From Candidatus Eiseniibacteriota bacterium (GTDB taxonomy: Bacteria; Eisenbacteria; RBG-16-71-46), in contig JBGPFC010000001.1 of the NCBI GenBank assembly GCA_041483195.1, positions 164,383-228,382 on the forward strand: a stretch of 64,000 nucleotides of DNA, in the 5' to 3' direction. The notes under the pieces are model-generated. The model worked only from the letters and a program-made list of their open reading frames with translations. It searched no databases and had not been told where the DNA came from. Within the stretch, counting starts at the first letter, position 1. Each line of letters opens with the position of its first letter. The position numbers and the translations under genes were made by a program. Of the stretch, positions 1 to 8,422 are shown piece after piece.

Positions 1-592
1 GGTCGTGCATCAGCGGATCGCTCTTGCGCGCGGCGAGCACCTCGGGGTCGCGCGACATCCCGCTCTCGTCGAGCCCGTGGGGAAATCCGGCGGAGGGCGA
101 CGTCACGCGCGCCACGTTCGCGAGCGCGAGCTTCCACCAGGGCGGGATGGTGCTGCGCAGGCCGGGCGCCGAGGCCACCACCGCGAGCAGCGCGCGCGGA
201 TGCGTGATCGCGAAGTCGAGCGCGAGCACGGCCCCCAGGCTGTGCCCGAGCAGCACCCGCTTCAGCTCGGGGGGATGGCCCGGCAGATTGCGCGGCGCCG
301 TGAACAGCGCGCGGACCACCTGGTCGCGGAACTGCGGCCACGACGGGATGTCTCCGCGCGGGCCGGGCGCCTCGCCGTGGCCCGGCAGATCGAGCGCCAC
401 CACGGTGTAGCGCGCCTTCACCAGCTCGCTCGCGAGCGCGGCGTAGCGGCCGCTGTGTTCCCCGAGGCCGTGCACGACCGCGATCAGCGCGCGCGGACGT
501 TCGGCGCACCACACGCGCCCCGGGAGCACCATCCCGCGCTCGAGCCGCACCTCGATGCCGCTCGATGGAACGGATCCGACGGCGGGATTCAC
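1..592 (-). CDS. Alpha/beta hydrolase, lysophospholipase/monoglyceride lipase family (3' end runs off the window)
   Basis: Hand translation from GTG at 592, which overlaps the upstream TGA (GTGA), gives VHGLGEHSGRY, DLPGHG and the nucleophile elbow GHSLG. Not in the ORF track because it is truncated. Confidence 0.85.
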   Translation of the reverse strand, partial: MNPAVGSVPSSGIEVRLERGMVLPGRVWCAERPRALIAVVHGLGEHSGRYAALASELVKARYTVVALDLPGHGEAPGPRGDIPSWPQFRDQVVRALFTAPRNLPGHPPELKRVLLGHSLGAVLALDFAITHPRALLAVVASAPGLRSTIPPWWKLALANVARVTSPSAGFPHGLDESGMSRDPEVLAARKSDPLMHD

Positions 593-1068
593 TCGGCGGG
601 TTCCTCGGGTTCGTCGGAGGGGCCGGCCTCTTCACCATTCTCCCCGTCGCCGCCGTCCGACTCCTCCCCGTCTTCCTCACCGGGGGGCGACTGGAACATG
701 AGGTCGCTCGAGGCGTAGGTGGTGCCGGTGTTGTGAACGAGCTTCACGGTCTGCTCGATGAACCCGGCGAAATCGTCGGGAGCCAGCGTGGCGAGCGGGT
801 GCACGGCCACCGCCCACACCTCGCGCCCCCTCAGCGCGTAGCGAGCATCGAGCGCACGATCGTAGTTGGCCTGGAGCAGCACCTGAAGGGTCTTCGGCTC
901 CACCTCGCGCAGCTCGCCGATCGGGGCCATGATGCGCATCCGATCGTGGCTGTCGTCGCTGAACACGTACACCATGACCTCATCTCGCATGCCGCGCCAA
1001 AAGCCCGGCCGGCCTTCGACATCGGACAGGTAGGAGTCGAGCAGCTTGGCGATGGCGGCGCTGGTCAT
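589..1068 (-). CDS. YbjN/CesT-like (type III secretion chaperone fold) protein with acidic tail
   Basis: 159 aa. The pattern DRMRIMAPI...LLQANYDRALDARYAL...VWAV is typical of this family; the C-terminus is E/D/G-rich. Confidence 0.6.
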   Translation of the reverse strand: MTSAAIAKLLDSYLSDVEGRPGFWRGMRDEVMVYVFSDDSHDRMRIMAPIGELREVEPKTLQVLLQANYDRALDARYALRGREVWAVAVHPLATLAPDDFAGFIEQTVKLVHNTGTTYASSDLMFQSPPGEEDGEESDGGDGENGEEAGPSDEPEEPAE

Positions 1069-1231
1069 GACGTTGGGGCATCATCTCCGAAGCGAGCCGT
1101 GGGTGCACGCACTTTATCGCAGTGCGGCGCGTTTGTCGCACGCGCTCCCCCGCGGTTGAGACTGTCGCGAGCCGCGGGGTAGACTGCGCGACCCGACCCC
1201 GCGTTCCGCACGCACCGTTGCGAGGAGCTTG

Positions 1232-2587
1232 ATGCCGATCGAACCCGACGAGTCCGCCCCGCGCCGAGGGCGCATCATTCTCCCCGGCGGCGCTGACGAA
1301 CCCGAGCCGTCGCAGGCGCCGCGCATCGTGCTCCCGCCCGGGGTGATGCGCGAAGCCGAGGACGACGTGCCGGAGCGCCCGCGACTCCGCCCGCTGGTGC
1401 TGGTTCCGATCCAGGACGGCGAGCGCGAGCTGCTGCTCGTCACCGACCCGCTCGGCGTGATCCAGGGCCAGCCGGTGCTGGGCATGGACTCGCTCGCGAT
1501 TCTCCAGCTGCTCGACGGCAGCGTGTCGCTCACCGATCTCATCGCGGCCATCATGCGCGAGAACAAGGACATTCGGGTCGCGGGCATGGTGAAGGAGTTC
1601 GTCGCCCAGCTCGACAAGCTGCTGATGCTGGACTCGCCGCGTTTCGAGGCCGCTTACCGCACGCTGCGCGACGCGTATCACGTGCTCGAGATCCGGCCCG
1701 CGGCGCTCGAGGGCCGCTCCTACCCGGCGGAGCGCGCCGCGCTCGCGAGCTTCCTGGAGCTTCAGTTCGCCGACGCCGAGCGCATGCGGGAGGCGGCGGG
1801 CGAGCCTCGGCCCACGGCGCGCCCGCGCGCGCTGCTCGCGCCGCATCTCGATCCGCGCCGCGCCGGCACCACCATCGCGCGCGCCTATCTCGAGCTCCCG
1901 CCTGACGCCCCGCTGCGGGTCGTGGTGTTCGGCACCGGGCACACGATGATCGAGGAACGATACGCGCTCACGCGCAAGCACTTCGAGACGCCGCTCGGCA
2001 AGGTTCCGTGCGACACCGCGTTCGTCGACGCGGTCGCGGCACGGCTCGGCGACGACGCGTACCGCGGCGAGCTGGCGCACCGCGAGGAACACTCCATCGA
2101 ATTCCAGGCCCTGTACCTGAAGCACCGCTTCGGCGACCGCCCGTTCACGATGGTGCCCATCCTGTGCGGGGGCTTTCACGCGCTGCTCGACGCCGGGATC
2201 ACGCCGCGCGACGATCTGGCGTTCACGCGCATGATCGATGCCGTGCGCGAGACCGAGCGCGCGCTGGGCGGCGCGACGGTGTACGTCGCGGGCGTCGACC
2301 TCTCCCACGTCGGACCGCGCTTCGGCGATCCCGCGGTGGACGAGGCGATCAAGCGGGAGATCGAGGCGAAGGACCGGGCCGCGATCGCGGCGGCGTGCGC
2401 CGGGGACCCCGATGCGTGGTTCGCGGCGATCGCGGAGCACCAGGACGCCACGCGCATCTGCGGGCTCGCGCCGACCTACGCGTTGCTGCGTTGCGCGGAG
2501 CCCGGCCAGGGCCGGCTGTTGGGCTACGAGCAGTCGGACGAGCCGGACAGCTCGGTCGTGACGATCGCCGCGATCGCGTGGCCGTGA
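1232..2587 (+). CDS. amrB: AmmeMemoRadiSam system protein B (MEMO1 family), long form with N-terminal extension
   Basis: Motifs APHLD, GTGH, FETPLG, EHSIEFQ, DLSHVG and ICG; GAGGAG RBS just upstream. Confidence 0.85.
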   Translation: MPIEPDESAPRRGRIILPGGADEPEPSQAPRIVLPPGVMREAEDDVPERPRLRPLVLVPIQDGERELLLVTDPLGVIQGQPVLGMDSLAILQLLDGSVSLTDLIAAIMRENKDIRVAGMVKEFVAQLDKLLMLDSPRFEAAYRTLRDAYHVLEIRPAALEGRSYPAERAALASFLELQFADAERMREAAGEPRPTARPRALLAPHLDPRRAGTTIARAYLELPPDAPLRVVVFGTGHTMIEERYALTRKHFETPLGKVPCDTAFVDAVAARLGDDAYRGELAHREEHSIEFQALYLKHRFGDRPFTMVPILCGGFHALLDAGITPRDDLAFTRMIDAVRETERALGGATVYVAGVDLSHVGPRFGDPAVDEAIKREIEAKDRAAIAAACAGDPDAWFAAIAEHQDATRICGLAPTYALLRCAEPGQGRLLGYEQSDEPDSSVVTIAAIAWP

Positions 2588-2618
2588 GCGCCGAGCCGCC
2601 GCGATCGCGGCGCCGGCC

Positions 2619-3584
2619 CTAGCGGTAGATCTGCTTGAGCCGCCCCCAGGTCGTGGACCGCACGGCATCGGGGGCCGTGATCATCACGACGTAATCCTCG
2701 GTCTCGCCTCCGGTGTATTCCCCGCCCGGCCGGTTCGCCGAACCTGCCCATGGGTAATCGTCGTCCACCGCTTCGTCGGTGAGCGAGACGCGCATCCACG
2801 CGATGCCCTCGCTTGCGCTCACTCGAAACGCGGGAGACCACTGCTGGCCACATCCCGCAGGCACGAGGATCGGCGCGTTCTTCACGGCCCACTCGTGCGC
2901 GCAGGGTTCGTCGGCCGCGCACGGCACGTAGCAGGCGATGTGCTGCGGATTCGAGCAGGGGCCGTTGTCGTTCCAATCCCCGTCGAAGTTCATGTCGACC
3001 AGGATGTTGAGATACGCGGTGCGCTCGGGTCCGCAGTTCGCGGTGCTGAACGGCACGGCGTTGGGAATGCAGGCGAGGAGCACATCGGCGTACACGCCAG
3101 CGTCGTCGTCGAGCCTGCATTCGTCCTGTCCGAAGGTCATGCCGTAGGGGGACCCCACGCAATCGACCGCGATCGAGAGATTGCAGGCGCTGAAGGCTCC
3201 CCCGGCGCTCACCTTGCCGTCCTCCTCGCTGTCGATCCCCGCGAGGCCGCCGGGCGCGCTCACGCAACCCAGCCAGTAGTTCGCGGCGCCGGACTGCGCG
3301 TGCCTCATGTAACCCGTGAGCCCGGGCGGCGTGCTGCGCGGCGGGCAGGTGAACTGCTGAGTGCCGGGCGCGCCCGGCGCGAGGCAGGTCGGGAAGTGTC
3401 CGACGCCGCCCAGGAAGCCGATCGAGATTCCCTCCGGCGCATCGCCGAAATCGTGGATCACCCTTCCACAATCGGGACCATCCACATCGGCGGCGCCCGC
3501 GGGGACCGCGGGCGCGAGGGCGGAGAGTGCGAGCACGGCCGCGAGCACGATCGCGGCTGAGGACGGTGCGATGGCATGGCGCAT
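2619..3584 (-). CDS. Secreted Cys-rich GEVED-domain protein with C-terminal TTWGRLKQIYR tail
   Basis: ATG 3584 follows GAGGAG; hydrophobic signal peptide; DFGDAP, DMNFDGDWND and GGETEDY (GEVED-like) motifs; 14 Cys. Confidence 0.7.
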   Translation of the reverse strand: MRHAIAPSSAAIVLAAVLALSALAPAVPAGAADVDGPDCGRVIHDFGDAPEGISIGFLGGVGHFPTCLAPGAPGTQQFTCPPRSTPPGLTGYMRHAQSGAANYWLGCVSAPGGLAGIDSEEDGKVSAGGAFSACNLSIAVDCVGSPYGMTFGQDECRLDDDAGVYADVLLACIPNAVPFSTANCGPERTAYLNILVDMNFDGDWNDNGPCSNPQHIACYVPCAADEPCAHEWAVKNAPILVPAGCGQQWSPAFRVSASEGIAWMRVSLTDEAVDDDYPWAGSANRPGGEYTGGETEDYVVMITAPDAVRSTTWGRLKQIYR

Positions 3585-3798
3585 GGCGGGCTCCTCGAAT
3601 TCGCCGCGGGGCTCGCGGCGATTGGGATCATGCAGACGGCTCGGTCCATCCATTTTCGCGCCCGCCGCGGGGCGCGGTCAACGCGTCATTCGCGACGGCC
3701 GGGGCCGCGCCCGGAAATATTTACAGGCCCCGGGGGCGATGCTAGCCTCCCCCGCATTCGCCATCGCCCGCGGCATTCGCCCTCACGGAGGCCACTCG

Positions 3799-5055
3799 AT
3801 GAACCCCCGCCATGTCACGGTGAAGGACGGTGACGTCGTGCTGCTGGTCGGCACCATGAAGGGCGCGTTCCTGCTGCGCTCGAACGGCGCGCGGGCCGGT
3901 TGGGACGTGGGCGGGCCGTACTTCCCGGGCATGAGCGTGTACGCCCTCGCCTACGACGGACGCGCGGGCCGCAAACGCGTATGGGCGGGAACCGTGAGCG
4001 AGCACTGGGGACCGGGGCTCTCCTCCAGCGACGACTTCGGCAGACGCTGGACGAATCCGAAGGACACTCCTATCAAGTTCCCGCGCGAAACGGGCGCGGC
4101 GGTCAGTCGCATCTGGCAGATTCGCCCCGGGCGCTCGGACCAGCCCGCCGTGCTCTACGCCGGCGTCGAGCCCGCCGCGCTGTTCGAATCGGGTGACGCG
4201 GGTCAGAGCTGGACGCTCAACCGCGGGTTGTGGGACCACCCGCATCGCGCGAAGTGGCAGCCGGGCGGCGGCGGCCTGTGCCTTCATACCATCGTCCCCG
4301 ATCCGACGAGGCGCGCGCGGATGTTCGTCGCGATCTCGACCGGCGGCGTGTATCGCAGCGACGACGGCGGCGCATCGTGGCGCACCGCGCACCGGGGCGT
4401 GCGCGCCGATTTCCTGCCGGACAAGCATCCCGAGTTCGGGCAATGCGTGCACAAGATCGTCATGCACCCGTCGCGGCCGGAGCGGATCTTCCTCCAGAAT
4501 CACTGGGGGCTCTACCGCAGCGACGATGCCGGCGATTCCTGGAAGGACATCGCGAAGGGCGTGCCCTCCGACTTCGGGTTCGCGATGACGATGCACCCGC
4601 ACGATTCCGAAACGGTGTACATCCTGCCGCTCGAGTCCGACACATTTCGCGTGACGCCGGGCGGCCGCTTGCGCGTGTATCGCACGCGCGACGGCGGCGG
4701 CTCGTGGGAGCCGCTCACGAAGGGGCTGCCGCAGAAGAACGCGCTCGAGACCGTGCTGCGCGATGCGATGGATGCGGACTCGCTCAATCCGGCCGGCGTG
4801 TATTTCGGCACGCGGAGCGGCAAGGTGTTCGGCTCGGCGGACGGGGGCGCCTCGTGGTCCCGCCTGATCGATGGACTGCCGCCGGTGCTCAACGTGAAGG
4901 CGGCGGTGATCGGCGCCGCCGCGAAGGCGCGCCTGAGCGGCAGGGCGAGCGGAGTGCGCCGGGCGAAGCCGGCGGGCGCGACGCGCGCGGCGCGCAGACC
5001 CTCGCGTACGGCCGCGCCGAAGCGCGCGGCGCGATCGGCGCGCAAGAAGAAGTAG
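3799..5055 (+). CDS. BNR/Asp-box repeat beta-propeller (exo-sialidase/WD40-YVTN-like) protein with basic C-terminal tail
   Basis: Repeated S-x-D-x-G-x-x-W boxes (SDDFGRRW, SGDAGQSW, SDDGGASW, SDDAGDSW, SADGGASW); ATG 3799 after GGAGG; no signal peptide; R/K/A-rich tail. Confidence 0.8.
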   Translation: MNPRHVTVKDGDVVLLVGTMKGAFLLRSNGARAGWDVGGPYFPGMSVYALAYDGRAGRKRVWAGTVSEHWGPGLSSSDDFGRRWTNPKDTPIKFPRETGAAVSRIWQIRPGRSDQPAVLYAGVEPAALFESGDAGQSWTLNRGLWDHPHRAKWQPGGGGLCLHTIVPDPTRRARMFVAISTGGVYRSDDGGASWRTAHRGVRADFLPDKHPEFGQCVHKIVMHPSRPERIFLQNHWGLYRSDDAGDSWKDIAKGVPSDFGFAMTMHPHDSETVYILPLESDTFRVTPGGRLRVYRTRDGGGSWEPLTKGLPQKNALETVLRDAMDADSLNPAGVYFGTRSGKVFGSADGGASWSRLIDGLPPVLNVKAAVIGAAAKARLSGRASGVRRAKPAGATRAARRPSRTAAPKRAARSARKKK

Positions 5056-5117
5056 CGGAGGCCGGGGGCAGTTTCGGCTTCCATCTCCCATCCGATGGCG
5101 AGACCATCCCGGGCGCG

Positions 5118-5474
5118 ATGCCGCGGAGCGCGCCCGGCCTGCGCGCCTGGCCCAACCCCGCGCGGGGCGTGACGGACGTCCAGTTCGAGCTGGCGGAGGC
5201 GCAGGCGCTCGATGTGCTGGTGTTCGACGTGGCGGGCCGGCTGGCGCGCGACGTGCAGTCGGGCGCCATGGCGCCAGGGTCCCACGACGTGCCGTGGGAT
5301 GGGCGCGACGCGAGCGGCCGCCGCGTGGCGAGCGGCGTCTACTTCCTGCGCGTGGAGTCACGCGCGCACGCGTGGATCGCGCGCGTGGCGGAGATCGACT
5401 GTCTAGCGCCGGCGGCACCGCCCGCCCCACGCGGGCCTGCCGCGACTCGCGCTACGCGCGGCCCTCGACGGTGA
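5118..5474 (+). pseudogene. Orphan FlgD-Ig-like C-terminal domain, probably a remnant of a secreted-protein gene (or a small stand-alone protein)
   Basis: Frame of ORF 4230..5474 reads WPNP...VFDVAGRL...WDGRDASGRRVASGVYFLRV. No signal peptide or passenger domain, and the end runs into the convergent gene. Confidence 0.5.
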
Positions 5475-5904
5475 GCGGATGACGCGCGAAATATCCCTCG
5501 GCCTTGACGCGCAGCTGGAGCACCAGCCATTCGAGTCGCTCCACCAGTTCTCCCTCGCCCTTCCCCGCCGGCCACCAGCGGTCCTCGTCGTGGAGCAGCG
5601 CACCGAGCCGCACGCGATATCCGGGCGCGGCACCGCCGGCGGCTTCGGGCGCGGCGAGCGGCAGCGCATCGAGCGCGACCGGATCGAGCGCGAGCGCGGC
5701 CTCGCCGGTGATCCAGTCGAGATGACGGCGCAGGGCGAAGTAGCCGTGCGTGCCGTCGCCGCGCCGCACCCGCACCCACGCGAGATTGGGCTTCGTGACC
5801 CAGGTGGCGCCGGCGCCGCGCGCGTCGGGCACGTGCTTCTCGAGCGCCGCGCGCGCGAGGCGCGCGAAACGGGACGGCGGCCCGGCGCGGCGTGATGCGG
5901 TCAT
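5452..5904 (-). CDS. Hypothetical protein
   Basis: 150 aa ORF with plausible composition filling the gap before the divergent EVE gene; no recognised motif. Confidence 0.55.
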   Translation of the reverse strand: MTASRRAGPPSRFARLARAALEKHVPDARGAGATWVTKPNLAWVRVRRGDGTHGYFALRRHLDWITGEAALALDPVALDALPLAAPEAAGGAAPGYRVRLGALLHDEDRWWPAGKGEGELVERLEWLVLQLRVKAEGYFARHPLTVEGRA

Positions 5905-5968
5905 CGAAGCTTCCCTCCCGGCCCCAAGCCGGTTGCGCCTCGCGGGTGACGGCGGCTAACCTCGACGC

Positions 5969-6385
5969 GTGGCGAACTTCCTCTTCAAGTCCGAGCCCTC
6001 TACATTTTCCTACAGCGACCTCGAGCGCGACAAGCGCGCGGTCTGGGACGGCGTGTCGAACCCGCTCGCGCTGATTCATCTGCGGACCGTGCGGACCGGC
6101 GACACCGTGGTGATCTACCACTCTGGGAAGGACAAGGCCGCGGTCGGAATCGCGAGGGCGACCTCCGATCCCTATCCCGACCCGAAGCTCGGCGATCCGA
6201 AACGCGCGGTGGTGAATCTCGCGCCGGTGCGCGCGCTCGCGCGGCCGGTGCCGATCGCGACCTTTCGCGGCGACCCCGCGCTCCAGAAGGTCGAGCTGGT
6301 GCGCAACTCGCGGCTCTCGATCATGCCTCTCACCGCGTCGCAGCTCGCGCGCATCGTCGCGCTCGGCGGGGCGAAGCCGCGGTGA
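5969..6385 (+). CDS. EVE domain (PUA-like) protein
   Basis: FLFKSEP...WDGVSN...YHSG...RLSIMP, the hallmark EVE motifs. Confidence 0.9.
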   Translation: MANFLFKSEPSTFSYSDLERDKRAVWDGVSNPLALIHLRTVRTGDTVVIYHSGKDKAAVGIARATSDPYPDPKLGDPKRAVVNLAPVRALARPVPIATFRGDPALQKVELVRNSRLSIMPLTASQLARIVALGGAKPR

Positions 6386-8415
6386 CGCGCGCCGAGGCGA
6401 GAAAGCGGATCGACCGGCTCGCGCGGGAGGTTCGCGAGCACGATCACCGCTATCACGTGCTGGACCGGCCGAGCATCTCCGACGCCGCGTACGACAAGCT
6501 CTATCGCGAGCTGGTCGCGCTCGAGCGGGAGTTCCCGGACCTGCGCCCGCCCGACTCCCCCACCCTGCGCGTGGGCGGCGGGATACGCGCGGCCTTCAAG
6601 AAGGTGCCGCACGTGCGCCCCATGCTCTCGCTCGACTCGATCATGGAGGAGGAAGCGGTGCGCGAGTTCGACGCGCGGGTGCGCAAGGCGCTCCACACCG
6701 ACGAGGGTCTGTTCGCGGAGGCGGTGGGCTACATGGCCGAACCCAAGTTCGACGGGCTCTCGATCGAGCTGGTGTACGAAGACGCCGTGCTGGTGCGGGG
6801 CTCGACGCGCGGCGACGGCGAGGTCGGCGAGGACGTCACCGAGAACCTGCGCACCATCCGCGCGATCCCGCTGCGGCTCCACGACGGGGGCCCGAAGGGC
6901 GCGGCGCGCGGCCGGGTCGCGGTGCGCGGCGAGGCGCTGATGCCGCTCCCCGAGTTCGAGGCGCTCAACAGGCGTCTGATCGAAGCCGATCAGGAACCGT
7001 TCGCGAGCGCGCGCAACTCGGCTGCCGGGACGGTGCGCCAGCTCGACCCCGCGATCACCGCCTCGCGCCGCCTCGATTTCTACGCGTACGAGATCATCGA
7101 GGCCGGGCAGGCGCGCCTCGACTCTCAGCGGGCGATGCTCGATGCGCTGCGCGGCTGGGGCTTCCACGTCGAGAAGGACGTGCGCCTCTGCCTCGGCATA
7201 GACGAGGCGATCGCCACCCACGCGGCGTGGCTCGCGAAGCGCGATGCGCTCGATTACGAGATCGACGGCGTGGTGATCAAGGTGGACCGCCGCGACTGGC
7301 AGGAGCTGCTCGGCATGCGCTCGCGCAGCCCGCGCTGGGCGGTGGCCTTCAAGTTTCCGCCGAGGATCGAAATCACGAAGGTGCTCGACATCATCGTGCA
7401 GGTCGGCCGCACCGGGAAGCTCACGCCGGTCGCCTCGCTCCAGCCGGTGGACGTCTCCGGCGTCACCGTGAGCCGCGCCACGCTTCACAACCAGGACGAG
7501 CTCGACCGCAAGGACGTGCGCATCGGCGACACGGTGCGCGTGCGGCGCGCGGGCGACGTGATCCCCGAAGTGGTCGAGGTGCTGACCGACAAGCGCCCGC
7601 GCGGCGCCGCGCGCTTCGAGCTGCCCGCCAACTGCCCGGTGTGCGGCGCGAAGGTGGAGCGGGTCGGCGCCTACCACCTGTGCACCAACGGCCTCTCGTG
7701 CCGCGCCCAGCTCCATGGCCACATCGAGCATTTCGTCTCGCGCGGCGCGATGGACATCCGCGGCCTCGGCGGCAAGACCGTCGAGCAGCTCATCGAGAAG
7801 GGTCTGGTGAAGGATCTCGCCGACCTCTACCACGTCACCGCGATCGACCTGTCGGGGCTCGAGGGGTTCGCCGAGAAGTCCATCGAGAACCTGATGAACG
7901 CGTTCGAGGCCAGCAAGCGTCCGCGACTCGCGCGCTTCCTCTACGCGCTCGGGATCGAGCACGTGGGCGGCACCGTGGCCCGGCTGCTCGCCGATCACTT
8001 CGGCGCGATCGCGCCGCTCGCCGAAGCCAATGACGAGGAGCTCGAGGAGATCAAGGGCATCGGCCCCGAGGTCGCGGCCTCGGTGGTGCGTTTCTTCTCG
8101 AGCGCGCGCAATCTCAAGGTGCTCGATCGCCTGTCGAAGGCCGGCGTGAAACCGGTCGCCGAGAGAAAGCCGAGAGGGCCGCAGCCGCTCGCGGGCGAGG
8201 TCATGGTTTTCACGGGCGGACTCGAAGCCATGTCGAGACCCGAGGCGCAGCGCAAGGCGGAGGCCGCGGGCGCCACCATCGCCTCCGCCGTCGGCAGGAA
8301 GGTGACGCTGGTGGTCGCGGGGCCGGGCGCGGGCTCGAAGCTCGACGAAGCGAAGAAGCTCGGCATCGCGGTGATCGACGAGCGGACGTTCCTGAAGCGC
8401 ATCGGGGAGGCGTGA
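6382..8415 (+). CDS. ligA: NAD-dependent DNA ligase
   Basis: Motif I EPKFDG, MLSL, DGVVIK, AFKF, QVGRTG, CPVC zinc finger, HhH repeats and C-terminal BRCT (FTGGL...GSKL). Confidence 0.97.
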   Translation: MTRAEARKRIDRLAREVREHDHRYHVLDRPSISDAAYDKLYRELVALEREFPDLRPPDSPTLRVGGGIRAAFKKVPHVRPMLSLDSIMEEEAVREFDARVRKALHTDEGLFAEAVGYMAEPKFDGLSIELVYEDAVLVRGSTRGDGEVGEDVTENLRTIRAIPLRLHDGGPKGAARGRVAVRGEALMPLPEFEALNRRLIEADQEPFASARNSAAGTVRQLDPAITASRRLDFYAYEIIEAGQARLDSQRAMLDALRGWGFHVEKDVRLCLGIDEAIATHAAWLAKRDALDYEIDGVVIKVDRRDWQELLGMRSRSPRWAVAFKFPPRIEITKVLDIIVQVGRTGKLTPVASLQPVDVSGVTVSRATLHNQDELDRKDVRIGDTVRVRRAGDVIPEVVEVLTDKRPRGAARFELPANCPVCGAKVERVGAYHLCTNGLSCRAQLHGHIEHFVSRGAMDIRGLGGKTVEQLIEKGLVKDLADLYHVTAIDLSGLEGFAEKSIENLMNAFEASKRPRLARFLYALGIEHVGGTVARLLADHFGAIAPLAEANDEELEEIKGIGPEVAASVVRFFSSARNLKVLDRLSKAGVKPVAERKPRGPQPLAGEVMVFTGGLEAMSRPEAQRKAEAAGATIASAVGRKVTLVVAGPGAGSKLDEAKKLGIAVIDERTFLKRIGEA

Positions 8416-8422
8416 GGCACCC

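Noticed and set aside
589..1068. Type III secretion system component
   Set aside because: The YbjN/CesT fold is widespread, and there are no T3SS genes in the window.
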